From: Gammaproteobacteria bacterium
GTDB lineage: Bacteria; Pseudomonadota; Gammaproteobacteria; Steroidobacterales; UBA11654
Assembly (NCBI GenBank): GCA_002691465.1
Contig: NZHP01000028.1
Location: 5,263-69,262, forward strand
Length of the DNA stretch: 64,000 nucleotides
Direction of reading: 5' to 3'
This document shows positions 41,223 to 51,879 of the stretch, piece after piece. The notes under the pieces are model-generated. The model saw nothing but the letters and a program-made list of their open reading frames with translations. It did no database searches and was not told the origin of the DNA. A program made the translations under genes and the position numbers. How positions within the stretch are numbered: position 1 is the stretch's first letter; every line of letters begins with the position of its first letter.

Positions 41223-41334
41223 ATTGAAATAGTAAGTAAAAACCCAAATAAATGCATCAAATCATAAGATATATTATTTTTGCCCTCTAAAAATCCAGTT
41301 TTTACATATTCAATGATTTATTTATAATGTCGGA

Positions 41335-42120
41335 ATGGTCTTAAGAAAAGATAAAACTAGAGAAAAGGTAAGCTTAAAAAAGGGCATATTCATTTTGCCT
41401 AACTTATTTACTTCGGCAAATCTATTTGCGGGATGTTTTTCGATATTTTGCTCGATTGACGGTCAGTATGAGATGGCAATAATTTCTGTCATTGTGGCTG
41501 TTTTCTTAGATGGTTTGGATGGAAAGGTTGCAAGAGCTACAAATGCCGTATCTGATTTTGGGAAAGACTATGACAGTCTTTGCGATCTCATTTCCTTCGG
41601 TGTAGCTCCATCAATTTTGTTTTATTCTTGGGCGACAACTCACTTTATTGAGGCAATTGATATCAAATTTATATGGCTTCTGTCATTTTTTTATATCGCG
41701 ACAACTGCTTTAAGGCTTGCCAGATTCAATAATCATCTTGTCTTGAAATCTGAAAATTATTTCTTAGGATTGCCATCACCCGCTTCGGCAACTTTAGTCA
41801 CGGTAATGCTCTGGCAATGCGTGATACATTCATTTGACAATTTAAATGCTCTGATTGTAATTTCTACTTTCTATCTAATCGCGTCTATCCTTATGGTGTC
41901 AAAAATTAAATACAACAGCTTTAAGGATCTTAGAACGCTAAATAGAATGCCCTTCAATGGAGCGTTATTGATTCCGCTAATATTCATTTTAATTATTATC
42001 GATGCACCAAATGTCCTTGGCGTTTTATCCATTTTCTATCTTGTTTCAGGATTACTTGTTGCATCATTGAGAGCGCTAAGAAATCAGTTCAATAAGAAAG
42101 AAAGCGAAGTCTCAGAGTAG
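41335..42120 (+). CDS. pssA: CDP-diacylglycerol--serine O-phosphatidyltransferase
   Basis: LPNLFT, DGLDGKVAR...DSLCD..SFGVAP, LRLARFN and FLGLPSP motifs. Confidence 0.92.
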   Translation: MVLRKDKTREKVSLKKGIFILPNLFTSANLFAGCFSIFCSIDGQYEMAIISVIVAVFLDGLDGKVARATNAVSDFGKDYDSLCDLISFGVAPSILFYSWATTHFIEAIDIKFIWLLSFFYIATTALRLARFNNHLVLKSENYFLGLPSPASATLVTVMLWQCVIHSFDNLNALIVISTFYLIASILMVSKIKYNSFKDLRTLNRMPFNGALLIPLIFILIIIDAPNVLGVLSIFYLVSGLLVASLRALRNQFNKKESEVSE

Positions 42121-42123
42121 ATT

Positions 42124-42768
42124 ATGTCCATGGGGGGAAAGCTTTTTCAATCATTGGGGATTGATACTTATAAACTCAGAGATAATAGCCCAAAAAATGC
42201 CAATCAAACTAAAGATAATGATTGGCCTCGGATAGAGTCAAAAGTAACAAACTGTACAAAATGTTCCCTCCATAAAGGGCGAAATAAAACAGTTTTTGGT
42301 GACGGGAACAGAGACGCAGATTGGTTTTTTGTTGGAGAAGCTCCTGGCAAAGACGAAGATCTTCAAGGTAAGCCATTTGTCGGGAGAGCAGGGCGCTTAT
42401 TGACCGAGGTGATTTTTTCCATTGGCTTGTCAAGAGAAGAAGTTTTTATTGCGAATATTCTAAAATGCAGACCGCCCGACAATCGTGATCCTAAAACCCA
42501 AGAAGTGGAACAATGTTTTGCTTACCTAGAAAGACAAATTGATTTGGTTAAACCGAAGATTATAATTGCTGTCGGTAGAATTGCAGCACAATCACTCTTA
42601 GGGTCAGATTTACCGATGGGTAAATTAAGAGGAAGGATTCATGGATTTGGATCCAGTAAAATACCCACATTGGTTATATACCATCCAGCATATTTGTTAA
42701 GAAGTCCTTCTCAAAAACATAAAGTATGGGAAGATTTACAAATAGCAAATGATTTCCTAAAAAAATGA
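42124..42768 (+). CDS. Family-4 uracil-DNA glycosylase
   Basis: CTKC.L, GEAPG..ED..G.PFVG, KCRPP.NR and HPAYLLR motifs. Confidence 0.92.
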   Translation: MSMGGKLFQSLGIDTYKLRDNSPKNANQTKDNDWPRIESKVTNCTKCSLHKGRNKTVFGDGNRDADWFFVGEAPGKDEDLQGKPFVGRAGRLLTEVIFSIGLSREEVFIANILKCRPPDNRDPKTQEVEQCFAYLERQIDLVKPKIIIAVGRIAAQSLLGSDLPMGKLRGRIHGFGSSKIPTLVIYHPAYLLRSPSQKHKVWEDLQIANDFLKK

Positions 42769-44024
42769 TTTTTAAAAAATATAAGAAAGATGCCATCTCA
42801 TGGGCTTTCTATGATTGGGCAAATTCAGCTTTTGCAACCACTGTGATGGCTGGTTTTTTCCCAATATTTTATAAATCTTTCTGGGCGACTGATTTATCAG
42901 ATTTGGAAAGCACTGCTATGGTTGGTTATGCCAATTCCTTGTCAGGATTGATTGTTGTTTTGTTGGCTCCCATATTGGGAGCATATGCTGATATTGGCAC
43001 CAAGAGAAAAAAACTCTTGATCTCTTTTGCATGTCTTGGAATTGTTTGCACAGCATCATTTTACTTTATTCCTCAGGGCGAATGGATGCTTGCGGCGATT
43101 CTATATGCATTTGCGGCAGTAGGATTTTCAGGAGGCAATGTATTTTATGACTCCCTCATTGTCTCGGTTTCTAATAATGAAAATAGAAATCGCGTCTCAG
43201 CATTGGGTTATTCATTGGGTTATTTGGGTGGCGGATTACTTTTTCTAGTCAATGTTATTATGTTTCTCAATCCACAATTTTTTGGAATAGAAAATCAATC
43301 CAATGCTATTTTGATTTCTTTTGTGATGGTGGCTTTTTGGTGGGCTTTTTTCAGCATTCCAATTCTAAGAAATGTATCTGAGTCAGATACTCAAAAAGAA
43401 GAACCAAGATTCTTTAAAGCCATATTGCAATCCTTCAATGAGGTCTATCAGACATTGATGGAAGTTAGGAAGTATAAAAATGTTGCGATTTTTCTTTTGG
43501 CTTACTGGTTTTATATGGATGGCATTGACACAATTGTCAGAATGGCAACCGCCTATGGCTCTGACATAGGATTGGAGGCTTCATCCATGATTACTGCCCT
43601 AATTTTGACTCAATTTGTAGGATTTCCATCTACTCTTATTTTTGGTTACTTTGCAGATAAGATTAGTTTTAAAAAGATAATCAGTATTGGTATTCTGATC
43701 TACATATTGATATCTATTTTCGCCAGCAGAATCACAACGGCAACAGAATTTTATCTGATGGCAGTTGTGGTTGGACTGGTTATGGGAGGCGTGCAAGCAG
43801 TCAGTCGAGCCTACTTCAGCAGCATCATTCCTGAAGATAAAGAAGCGCAGTTTTTTGGGTTCTATAATCTAGTGGGTAAATCAGCCGTGGTTGCTGGACC
43901 TGCATTACTTGCTTGGATATCCATGATTTTCAATACACCTAGGGCAGGCATATTGGGCTTGTTGATTTTATTTATCCCTGGATTGATTTTGCTTTGGATG
44001 GTTCCAACCCAAAAAAACTCATAA
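42765..44024 (+). CDS. MFS transporter (UMF1/ATG22-like)
   Basis: SWAFYDWANSAF, NVFYDSL, GYLGG, DGIDT and FFGFY motifs. Confidence 0.85.
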   Translation: MIFKKYKKDAISWAFYDWANSAFATTVMAGFFPIFYKSFWATDLSDLESTAMVGYANSLSGLIVVLLAPILGAYADIGTKRKKLLISFACLGIVCTASFYFIPQGEWMLAAILYAFAAVGFSGGNVFYDSLIVSVSNNENRNRVSALGYSLGYLGGGLLFLVNVIMFLNPQFFGIENQSNAILISFVMVAFWWAFFSIPILRNVSESDTQKEEPRFFKAILQSFNEVYQTLMEVRKYKNVAIFLLAYWFYMDGIDTIVRMATAYGSDIGLEASSMITALILTQFVGFPSTLIFGYFADKISFKKIISIGILIYILISIFASRITTATEFYLMAVVVGLVMGGVQAVSRAYFSSIIPEDKEAQFFGFYNLVGKSAVVAGPALLAWISMIFNTPRAGILGLLILFIPGLILLWMVPTQKNS

Positions 44025-46766
44025 CAATTTAATTTGCTCTTCGATTCTAGTTTGATCAGACATCAATGATTTGAGTTTTCTCTTTAATTCTTCGACAACT
44101 TCGGTTGGGGCTTTTTCAACAAAGGTATTGTTTGACAATCTATCATGAACCGATTTGAGTTCTTGATTAAGTTTTACTAGTTTCTTTTCCAATCTTGCTT
44201 TTTCCTCTTCTATATCGACCAACCCTTCCAATGGTATATAAATTTTCATTTGATTGAGTAATGCAAAAGCTGACTTTGGGATATCATCGGAAGTATCTTT
44301 TTGGGTGATCGACTCAACCGATGCTAGATTGAGTATAAATGATCCCAGTGATTCCAGTCTTTTACTATCTGTATTTGAGGCATCATTAATGATGATTTTG
44401 ATAGATTCATTTGGCGGAATATTCATTTCAGATCGAATCTGACGAACCGAGGAAACAATATTCTTAAGCCATTCTGTATTTGCAACAATTTCATTATCCA
44501 CCCTCCAGTCATTTGAGGAAGGAAAGTCAGCTTTCATAATACTTCTTCTTTTATTGTCCTCGTTCAATGATTGCCAAATTTCCTCTGTAATAAAAGGAAT
44601 CGTTGGATGCAACATCCTTAGGATTGCATCAAGCATCTTTATTAGATTATTTTTTGTGTAATCCTTTTGTGAATCTGATATCTCGGGATCATTGATCAGT
44701 GTTTTTGCCAATTCGATATACCAGTCACAAAAATCATTCCAAACAAATTCGTACATTGCGGTTGCTGCTAGATCAAAACGATATTGATTGAATTGCCTTT
44801 CGATTTCGTCAATTGTGCCTGCGAATTTTGATTGGATCCATTGGTCAATGGCATGTCCATTCGCATCATTTATATCCAATAACTCAAAATCGTTGGTATT
44901 CATTTTAATGAAACGCGATGCATTCCAAATTTTATTACAAAAATTTCGATAACCTTCTACTCTCCTAAGATCAAGGCGAATATCTCTTCCAGTAGACGCC
45001 TGAATTGCAAAATTAAAGCGAAGTGCATCCGTTCCAAAATCAGGGATGCCATTGGGAAATTCTTTTTTTGTATCATCAATGATTCTTTTTTCCATTTCAG
45101 GTTGCATAAGACCTTGAACTCGTTTCTCAAGAAGGTCCTCAAGACTGATGCCGTCTATTAAATCAATTGGATCGAGAATATTACCTTTCGATTTCGACAT
45201 CTTTTGACCATTTTTGTCTTTAATCAGGCCGTGTATATATATTTCTTTGAAGGGAATCTCCTTCATGAACTTAAGGCCCATCATCACCATTCTTGCGACC
45301 CAAAAGAAGATAATATCAAAGCCCGTTACCAAGACGTTTGTTGGATAAAATGTTTTCAGATCGTATGTTTCATCTGGCCATCCAAGACTGGAGAATGGCC
45401 AAAGGGCAGATGAAAACCACGTATCAAGGACATCTTCATCCTGCGTTAAAGCAATTGAGTTTTTTATGTTATTTTTTTCTCGAACCTCTGACTCACTTTC
45501 TCCGACATAGACATTGCCTTTATTATCATACCAAGCTGGAATTCTGTGACCCCACCACAGTTGCCTTGAGATACACCAATCCTGAATATTCTCTAACCAC
45601 TCGAAGTAGGTTTTAGACCAATTTTCAGGAACAAATTTTAATTCACCGTTTTTGACGACGGTTATTGCAGGTTCTGCCAATGGTTCCATTTTTAAAAACC
45701 ATTGATTAGTAATCAGTGGCTCAAGAATTGCTCCGCTTCTGTCTCCTCTTGGGATTGTGAGTGTGTAATCTTCAATTTCTTGCATCAGACCAAGTGATTC
45801 AATATCTTCCACAATCTTTCGTCTTGCATCAAAGCGATCCAAACCTTGATATTCTTTTGGTGCTGATTGAATGATCTTTGCGCTTTGATCAAGAATGCTG
45901 ATTATTTCAAGATCATGTTTTTTCCCGATATCGAAGTCATTGAAATCATGACCAGGCGTTATTTTTAAACATCCAGTTCCAAATTCTTTATCCACATAAT
46001 CGTCTGCTATGATTGGAATTTTTCTGTCTGTGAGGGGAAGATTCACCAGTTTTCCAATTAGATTTTTGTAGCGTTTATCATCTGGATGAACTGCTACAGC
46101 AGTGTCTCCCAACATTGTTTCCGGCCTTGTTGTTGCGACGACTATGTAGTCATCTAAGCCATCGATTGGATATTTCATATGCCACAATGAACCTTTTTCC
46201 TCCGAGGTCACAACCTCAAGATCAGATAATGCGGTTTGCAATACGGGATCCCAATTGACAAGTCTCTTGCCTCTATAGATCAATCCTTCTTCATAGAGTT
46301 GAACAAATACTTTAGTGACGCCTTGAACAAGATTTTCATCCATGGTGAATTTTTCTCTTGTCCAATCAGTAGAGGCACCCAATCTTTTCATTTGGTTGGT
46401 TATTGTGTTTCCAGACTTCTCTTTCCACTTCCATACTTCTTTTTCGAATTCTTCTCTTCCGAGTTTCTGCCTAGAAGTTCCAGATCTTTCCAATTGCCTC
46501 TCAACAACCATTTGCGTAGCAATGCCCGCATGATCTGTTCCCACCTGCCATAAAGTATTGTTTCCCTTCATTCGTTGATAACGAATGATGATATCCATGA
46601 TCGTGTCTTGAAATGCATGACCCATATGCAATGTCCCTGTCACATTTGGCGGAGGAATCACGATACAGAAGGGGTCGCCTGATTTTGATGGAGAGAAGTA
46701 TCCTGAATCTTCCCATGATGCATATATTCTGGATTCAAGTTCTTTCGGGTTATATGTCTTATCCAA
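44019..46766 (-). CDS. valS: Valine--tRNA ligase
   Basis: PPPNVTG.LHMGH, ATTRPET, DWCISRQLWWGH, KMSKS and C-terminal coiled coil. Confidence 0.98.
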   Translation of the reverse strand: MDKTYNPKELESRIYASWEDSGYFSPSKSGDPFCIVIPPPNVTGTLHMGHAFQDTIMDIIIRYQRMKGNNTLWQVGTDHAGIATQMVVERQLERSGTSRQKLGREEFEKEVWKWKEKSGNTITNQMKRLGASTDWTREKFTMDENLVQGVTKVFVQLYEEGLIYRGKRLVNWDPVLQTALSDLEVVTSEEKGSLWHMKYPIDGLDDYIVVATTRPETMLGDTAVAVHPDDKRYKNLIGKLVNLPLTDRKIPIIADDYVDKEFGTGCLKITPGHDFNDFDIGKKHDLEIISILDQSAKIIQSAPKEYQGLDRFDARRKIVEDIESLGLMQEIEDYTLTIPRGDRSGAILEPLITNQWFLKMEPLAEPAITVVKNGELKFVPENWSKTYFEWLENIQDWCISRQLWWGHRIPAWYDNKGNVYVGESESEVREKNNIKNSIALTQDEDVLDTWFSSALWPFSSLGWPDETYDLKTFYPTNVLVTGFDIIFFWVARMVMMGLKFMKEIPFKEIYIHGLIKDKNGQKMSKSKGNILDPIDLIDGISLEDLLEKRVQGLMQPEMEKRIIDDTKKEFPNGIPDFGTDALRFNFAIQASTGRDIRLDLRRVEGYRNFCNKIWNASRFIKMNTNDFELLDINDANGHAIDQWIQSKFAGTIDEIERQFNQYRFDLAATAMYEFVWNDFCDWYIELAKTLINDPEISDSQKDYTKNNLIKMLDAILRMLHPTIPFITEEIWQSLNEDNKRRSIMKADFPSSNDWRVDNEIVANTEWLKNIVSSVRQIRSEMNIPPNESIKIIINDASNTDSKRLESLGSFILNLASVESITQKDTSDDIPKSAFALLNQMKIYIPLEGLVDIEEEKARLEKKLVKLNQELKSVHDRLSNNTFVEKAPTEVVEELKRKLKSLMSDQTRIEEQIKLL

Positions 46767-46767
46767 T

Positions 46768-47202
46768 TCAGTTCACCCTATGAGATTTAATCCTATAATT
46801 TAAATCCTTATATGCTTTCCACTTTATTCTTGCAAGACTTCTTTTTTCTTCAGAGGATAGAACAATTTCATGAATTTTCTTAGGTTGTAATGAAGGATCT
46901 TCAGCTTGATCTGAAAGATTAATTATGACATCGAAGCTCGCATCAGGAAAAGTATCACAACCAATGGATATTGGTACATTTTGGTTTTTATCTTCTAATC
47001 TAGAATGCGGAATAAAACTCTCTTGTCGAAAGGTCCAAAGTTGATCATCAATTAGTTTTGCCTGCTCTTCATTTGAAGCATGAATGTAAATTTGACCAAA
47101 TCGTTTTTTGTAGCCCTTTTCAACCAAACGATAGACATAATTCATCTGCTTTTTTTCATCATCATTCTCAAAGTGATGGAAAATGACTTCGATACTTTTC
47201 AT
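46768..47202 (-). CDS. holC: DNA polymerase III chi subunit
   Basis: DDQLWTF..ESFIPH motif; pepA-holC-valS synteny. Confidence 0.9.
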   Translation of the reverse strand: MKSIEVIFHHFENDDEKKQMNYVYRLVEKGYKKRFGQIYIHASNEEQAKLIDDQLWTFRQESFIPHSRLEDKNQNVPISIGCDTFPDASFDVIINLSDQAEDPSLQPKKIHEIVLSSEEKRSLARIKWKAYKDLNYRIKSHRVN

Positions 47203-47213
47203 TTATCAAATGA

Positions 47214-48716
47214 TTATGTTTTGGACTCGTTGATGAGAAATTCTGACATCAAGCCCATTGGTCTTCCGGTTGCACCTTTGTTAGCGCCTTCGGCCCAAGC
47301 GACGCCTGCTATGTCAATGTGTGCCCAATCATAATCCCCTACAAATTTTTGGAGAAAGCACCCCGCAGTGATTGTTCCGGCTCCTGAGCCACGAGTACTG
47401 ATATTGGCAACATCAGCAAAGTTGCTCACAATCTGATCGGCATACTCTTCTGTGAGAGGAAGCCTCCATGTCACATCATCAGTCGTTTGTCCGCATTCGA
47501 ATAGTTTTTCAGCGAGCTGGTCAGAATTACTCATAAGTCCGGAGTGATGAGCACCGAGTGCAACAACACAAGCTCCTGTGAGTGTTGCCATGTCGATTAT
47601 TAATTTAGGTTTATATTTTTGAGTATAGGTCAGTGCATCAGCCAAAATTAGCCTTCCTTCAGCGTCAGTATTCAATATCTCAATCGTTGTTCCAGACATT
47701 GATTTTACCACGTCACCAGGCAGTGTTGCAGTACTGCTTGGAACATTCTCACATGCCGGAACAACAAATACAGCATTGATGGGAAGATTAAGTTCCGTAA
47801 CCATTTGCAAAAGACCAATTGTTGTAGAAGCTCCACACATATCGTATTTCATTTCATCCATTTTATTAGAGGGCTTTAGTGAAATACCTCCAGTATCAAA
47901 TGTGATACCTTTGCCAACGACAGCGACTGGTTTTTGATTTTTTGGGCCATTTTTAAATTCAGCAATAATCATTTTTGCTGGCTCCTTAGCTCCAGCCGTC
48001 ACAGATAGAAGCGAGTTCATTCCAAGCTTTTTCATCTGAACTTCATTTAAAACCTTTAATGTTGCCGATTTATTCTTGCTAACTATTTTTCTAGCCACTG
48101 ATGCCAGGTAACTTGGCGTGCAAATATTTGCTGGAAGGTCGCCTAGATGTTTTACGAGCTGCGTTGCCTTTCCTATGGCATCGCCATGTTCTAATCCTAT
48201 TTTTAGGTCTCTTGTAGCTTTCTTTCCGTTTGTTCCAATCTCAATCTTTCGAAGGCCAAGATTCTTTTTATTGCTTTCCTTTGTAGTGGTGTATTGATAG
48301 CTAATAGAATGCCATGATTCAGCTAAAACTCTTGATAATCGATATGCTTTTTTTGGATTATCAATTTTCTCAACGCCATCATGAATTAAACTGACTACAC
48401 TCTTATGATTGCTCTTTGAAATCTTATTGAGTGCTGATATCACTGCTCTTCTATAATTCTTCTGTGAAAAATTTTCATATTTGCCGCAACCAACCAGAAC
48501 AATCCTTTTGTAAGATTTTCCTGTTACGGGAATAATTCTTGTTTGACCAATTTTCCCTTGAATGTCTTTATTTTTAATGAAGTCATCGATCAATTTTCCA
48601 TTTGCAGTACTGACAAGCTTTGCAGCACCCCTTAGTTTTCCATCATTGAATACGGAAATCATTAAGCAATCTGATTTGATCTCATTAATCTTTTTATTAT
48701 TAGTGGCAAATTTCAT
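47214..48716 (-). CDS. pepA: Leucyl aminopeptidase
   Basis: GKGITFDTGG, MKYDMCG, NTDAEGRL, ATLTGA and WAHIDIAG motifs. Confidence 0.97.
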   Translation of the reverse strand: MKFATNNKKINEIKSDCLMISVFNDGKLRGAAKLVSTANGKLIDDFIKNKDIQGKIGQTRIIPVTGKSYKRIVLVGCGKYENFSQKNYRRAVISALNKISKSNHKSVVSLIHDGVEKIDNPKKAYRLSRVLAESWHSISYQYTTTKESNKKNLGLRKIEIGTNGKKATRDLKIGLEHGDAIGKATQLVKHLGDLPANICTPSYLASVARKIVSKNKSATLKVLNEVQMKKLGMNSLLSVTAGAKEPAKMIIAEFKNGPKNQKPVAVVGKGITFDTGGISLKPSNKMDEMKYDMCGASTTIGLLQMVTELNLPINAVFVVPACENVPSSTATLPGDVVKSMSGTTIEILNTDAEGRLILADALTYTQKYKPKLIIDMATLTGACVVALGAHHSGLMSNSDQLAEKLFECGQTTDDVTWRLPLTEEYADQIVSNFADVANISTRGSGAGTITAGCFLQKFVGDYDWAHIDIAGVAWAEGANKGATGRPMGLMSEFLINESKT

Positions 48717-48851
48717 TTTTAATTCCTATGTTTTTTATTCTGGTAGCTAGACCAATCAAAGTAATTAGTAGATCATAATTGTAGTGTAATGGTATGGTCA
48801 TTAAAACTAATAAATCTGTACGCATTGTATTTTTTTTGAAGGGCATCTGGT

Positions 48852-49922
48852 GTGAATAAAATTATAAGTCAGTATATATTAAGAGAACTTTCTAAGACCT
48901 GGCTTGGTGTAACACTGGTATTATTGATCGTTCTCATCACGAATAAGTTTGCAGATGTAATAAGCGATATTGCTGCTGGAGATATTCTCTCGTCATCTCT
49001 TCTTCCGATCATTGCGTTATCATCGATTGAGTATCTGATAATACTGCTCCCCTTGAGCACTTTCTTATCCGTGATCATTGTGATTGGTCGTTTTTATAGA
49101 GATCATGAAATGACTGCAATACAGGTTGCTGGGAAAGGCACTGGATTTATTTATAGGATATTCTTCTTTCCGCTTATTATTCTAATTTTTTTATTGGGGT
49201 TTATCTCTACAGTCCTATCACCCAATGCAAAACAGAGCATCTTATTGAAAGAAGAAGAAGCAATGCGCTCGGTGGGTATAGAGTTTTTTGAGCCGGGAAG
49301 ATTCGTAAATTTAAAGGATGGAGCTGTATTTTATGCTCAAGGAAGGTCAGAAAGAAATCGATTCATAAAAGTTTTTCTTCAAAAAGAGACAAAAAATAAA
49401 GTCAGTGTTATTACTTCTGAATATGCTGAAATCCAATCTATGGAGAATAATTTAAGCATACTTGTTTTCTTCAATGGGCAAAGATACGAGGGTCTTCCTG
49501 GAACAACTGACTTTCGCATTCTGAGATTTGCAGAGCATAGGCTGCCACTTTTCTTTGATTCTAATAATGCAAATGAAGAAAGTTATGAAACCAAAAACTT
49601 CAAAGAACTCATCATGAGTGACTCTGTTTCCTCAAAGTCAGAATTACAATGGAGGATTTCACCGCCGATTGCATTGATTATATTGGTGCTTTTGGCAGTC
49701 CCATTGAGTAAGTCATCGCCTAGAGAAGGTCAGTATGGAGGTTTGATTATTGGAGTGTTGATATATCTTGTTTACGTGAATATGCTCGGCGCTGCAAAAG
49801 TTTGGTTTGAGCAGGGCAATAGTCCTATTGAGCTGGGTATTTGGTGGGTTCACGGATGTTTTGCTGTTTTCTTGATTATCTATTTATATTTTAAAAGCAG
49901 ACTTTCAAGGATAGGGCGATGA
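48852..49922 (+). CDS. lptF: LPS export ABC transporter permease LptF
   Basis: GRFYRDHEM, GQRYEG and ELQWR motifs; divergent from pepA as usual. Confidence 0.92.
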   Translation: MNKIISQYILRELSKTWLGVTLVLLIVLITNKFADVISDIAAGDILSSSLLPIIALSSIEYLIILLPLSTFLSVIIVIGRFYRDHEMTAIQVAGKGTGFIYRIFFFPLIILIFLLGFISTVLSPNAKQSILLKEEEAMRSVGIEFFEPGRFVNLKDGAVFYAQGRSERNRFIKVFLQKETKNKVSVITSEYAEIQSMENNLSILVFFNGQRYEGLPGTTDFRILRFAEHRLPLFFDSNNANEESYETKNFKELIMSDSVSSKSELQWRISPPIALIILVLLAVPLSKSSPREGQYGGLIIGVLIYLVYVNMLGAAKVWFEQGNSPIELGIWWVHGCFAVFLIIYLYFKSRLSRIGR

Positions 49923-50992
49923 ATATTATTGACTTATATCTTTTTAAATCAATTTTTAGAGCGACCTTGGTTGTTGGTTTTGTATTTGCATCTCTGTCAC
50001 TTTTTGTTGATTTTGTAAGTCAGAGCGATGATATAGGGATTGGATCTTATGGCGCATTTGAAGCAATGCAATACTCGCTTATGAAATTGCCAAGTTCATT
50101 GATCAGATTTATTCCAATCATAGTTTTGATCGGATCATTGGTTGCCCTAGGTAATCTTGGAAAAAACAGTGAGCTCATAGTACTTATGTCTTCAGGGTTT
50201 TCATTCTTTAGGCTTTCTTTATCCGTCCTTTTTTCAGGTATTTTGCTTGCACTTATTTTTAGTGGATCTGGAGAATATATCTTTTCTCCACTGGAGAGGT
50301 ATGCCGACCAGTTTAGAACAAAAAATAAGTTCAATATTGAAACTATTGGAGACAGTGGCGGTTTTTGGGTGATCGATGAAAGCAAGATCATAAATATTAA
50401 TTTTGTTAAGGAAAATAGTAGTTTTGGAGAAGTTACAATATTTGAAATCAATGATAACTTTGCAATTCAAAAAATCTCACAAGCTTCATCTGCTGGGATA
50501 GATGATTTCAATCAATGGATACTTAGTAATCTTTCTGAAACGCTTTTTACAGACAATGGAATTGAGTCTAATTTTTCCAGATATCAGATAGAGAGAACTG
50601 ATTTAGATAGAGATCTGGTGAGCTTAAGTGTCACAGATTCTGATGAATTAAATATAATTGAGCTATCAAGATTTATTGATTATCTGGAAAATAATAATCT
50701 AGATACAAAAAAATATCGAACCGCCTTCCATAATCGATTGGCCTCTTTTATGATAATTCCAATTTTAGCTTTATTGGCATTGCAGATGTCAGTTGGTTCT
50801 CAAAGAAAAAGAGGATCTGGATTTAGAATCTTAATTGGAATGATTATTGGCTTAGCATATTTTATAGCTCAGAACACTATACTAGAGTCTTCACAGATCT
50901 TTGAAATAAGACCTGAAATTATTGGTTATATTCCACTGACTTTTGTTGTTTTTATCACCATGATTTTATTCAGCATAAGAAGGACTCCATGA
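49919..50992 (+). CDS. lptG: LPS export ABC transporter permease LptG
   Basis: LGNL..NSEL.V...SG.S motif; follows lptF. Confidence 0.92.
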   Translation: MNIIDLYLFKSIFRATLVVGFVFASLSLFVDFVSQSDDIGIGSYGAFEAMQYSLMKLPSSLIRFIPIIVLIGSLVALGNLGKNSELIVLMSSGFSFFRLSLSVLFSGILLALIFSGSGEYIFSPLERYADQFRTKNKFNIETIGDSGGFWVIDESKIININFVKENSSFGEVTIFEINDNFAIQKISQASSAGIDDFNQWILSNLSETLFTDNGIESNFSRYQIERTDLDRDLVSLSVTDSDELNIIELSRFIDYLENNNLDTKKYRTAFHNRLASFMIIPILALLALQMSVGSQRKRGSGFRILIGMIIGLAYFIAQNTILESSQIFEIRPEIIGYIPLTFVVFITMILFSIRRTP

Positions 50993-51612
50993 AGTTTAAA
51001 TTATTTATATCCATGATATTCATTGCTCAATTTTCAGGATGTGCAACATATGAGACTCAACTTAATGATTCAATTCAAGTGAATAATCAAGGAATTGAAG
51101 GAAGACTTAGAACGTTGCAAAATGAGATTGATGAGCTTAGGAAAGAAATAAATCAGATCAACTCGAGAAATTCTCAGTTAAACTCAGGGGTCCTAAAAGA
51201 AGAATCAGAGCTTAATGTAAACTATGACAACTCAGAGAATGGAAAGAAAGAATTTGAGTCATCATTCGAGTTACTCAGAAAAGGCAATTATATTTCTGCT
51301 GAGATTGCACTAAGGGAATATGTAAATAATTTTCCAAATGGGCCTTATACTGATGATGCAAAATTTTGGCTCGCAGAATCGCTATTTTCTCAGAATAAAT
51401 ATAATGAAGCTTTAGGCATGTTTAATCAGATAATCAATCAGTATCCTGATTCTGAAAAAATGATGGAGTCAATACTCAAATCTGGATTTTCTCATCAAGA
51501 GCTAGGAAATCTATCAGCTGCAGAAGCCATATTTCAAAGAGTAATTAGAGACTATCCTAATTCTTCAGCATCCAGTCTTGCAGAGGAAAGACTGAATAAA
51601 ATGAGAGAATAG
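50989..51612 (+). CDS. cpoB: CpoB/YbgF-like TPR protein
   Basis: N-terminal coiled coil and TPR motifs (A.FWLAES, YPDS.K...ILK.G, YPNSSA..LA); followed by tRNA-Lys. Confidence 0.8.
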   Translation: MKFKLFISMIFIAQFSGCATYETQLNDSIQVNNQGIEGRLRTLQNEIDELRKEINQINSRNSQLNSGVLKEESELNVNYDNSENGKKEFESSFELLRKGNYISAEIALREYVNNFPNGPYTDDAKFWLAESLFSQNKYNEALGMFNQIINQYPDSEKMMESILKSGFSHQELGNLSAAEAIFQRVIRDYPNSSASSLAEERLNKMRE

Positions 51613-51691
51613 GAGCAGTTTGATAATTAGAAAGAATCTCTGTTTTATTTATTATACCTAATGTATCATTCACCTGATTTTTAATTGCCAT

Positions 51692-51767
51692 GGGCCGTTA
51701 GCTCAGTTGGTAGAGCAGCTGGCTTTTAACCAGTTGGTCGAAGGTTCGAATCCTTCACGGCCCACCA
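51692..51767 (+). tRNA. tRNA-Lys(UUU)
   Basis: 76 nt GGGCCGT...ACGGCCC-ACCA; D-arm AGCTCAGTTGGTAGAGC, anticodon loop CTTTTAA, T-loop GGTTCGAATCC, encoded CCA. Confidence 0.98.
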
Positions 51768-51774
51768 CTAAATA

Positions 51775-51870
51775 ATGAAAAAGAAGATAAAAAAGTATTG
51801 GATTGTCTCATCAAGTTTATCCCTTGTTTTTTTTCTATTACTTATCATGATTTTGTACTTTACTTTATAG
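51775..51870 (+). CDS. Putative 31-aa single-pass membrane peptide
   Basis: MKKKIKKYWIVSSSLSLVFFLLLIMILYFTL fills the gap between the tRNA and the next gene; no clear RBS. Confidence 0.35.
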   Translation: MKKKIKKYWIVSSSLSLVFFLLLIMILYFTL

Positions 51871-51879
51871 GCTAGAACA

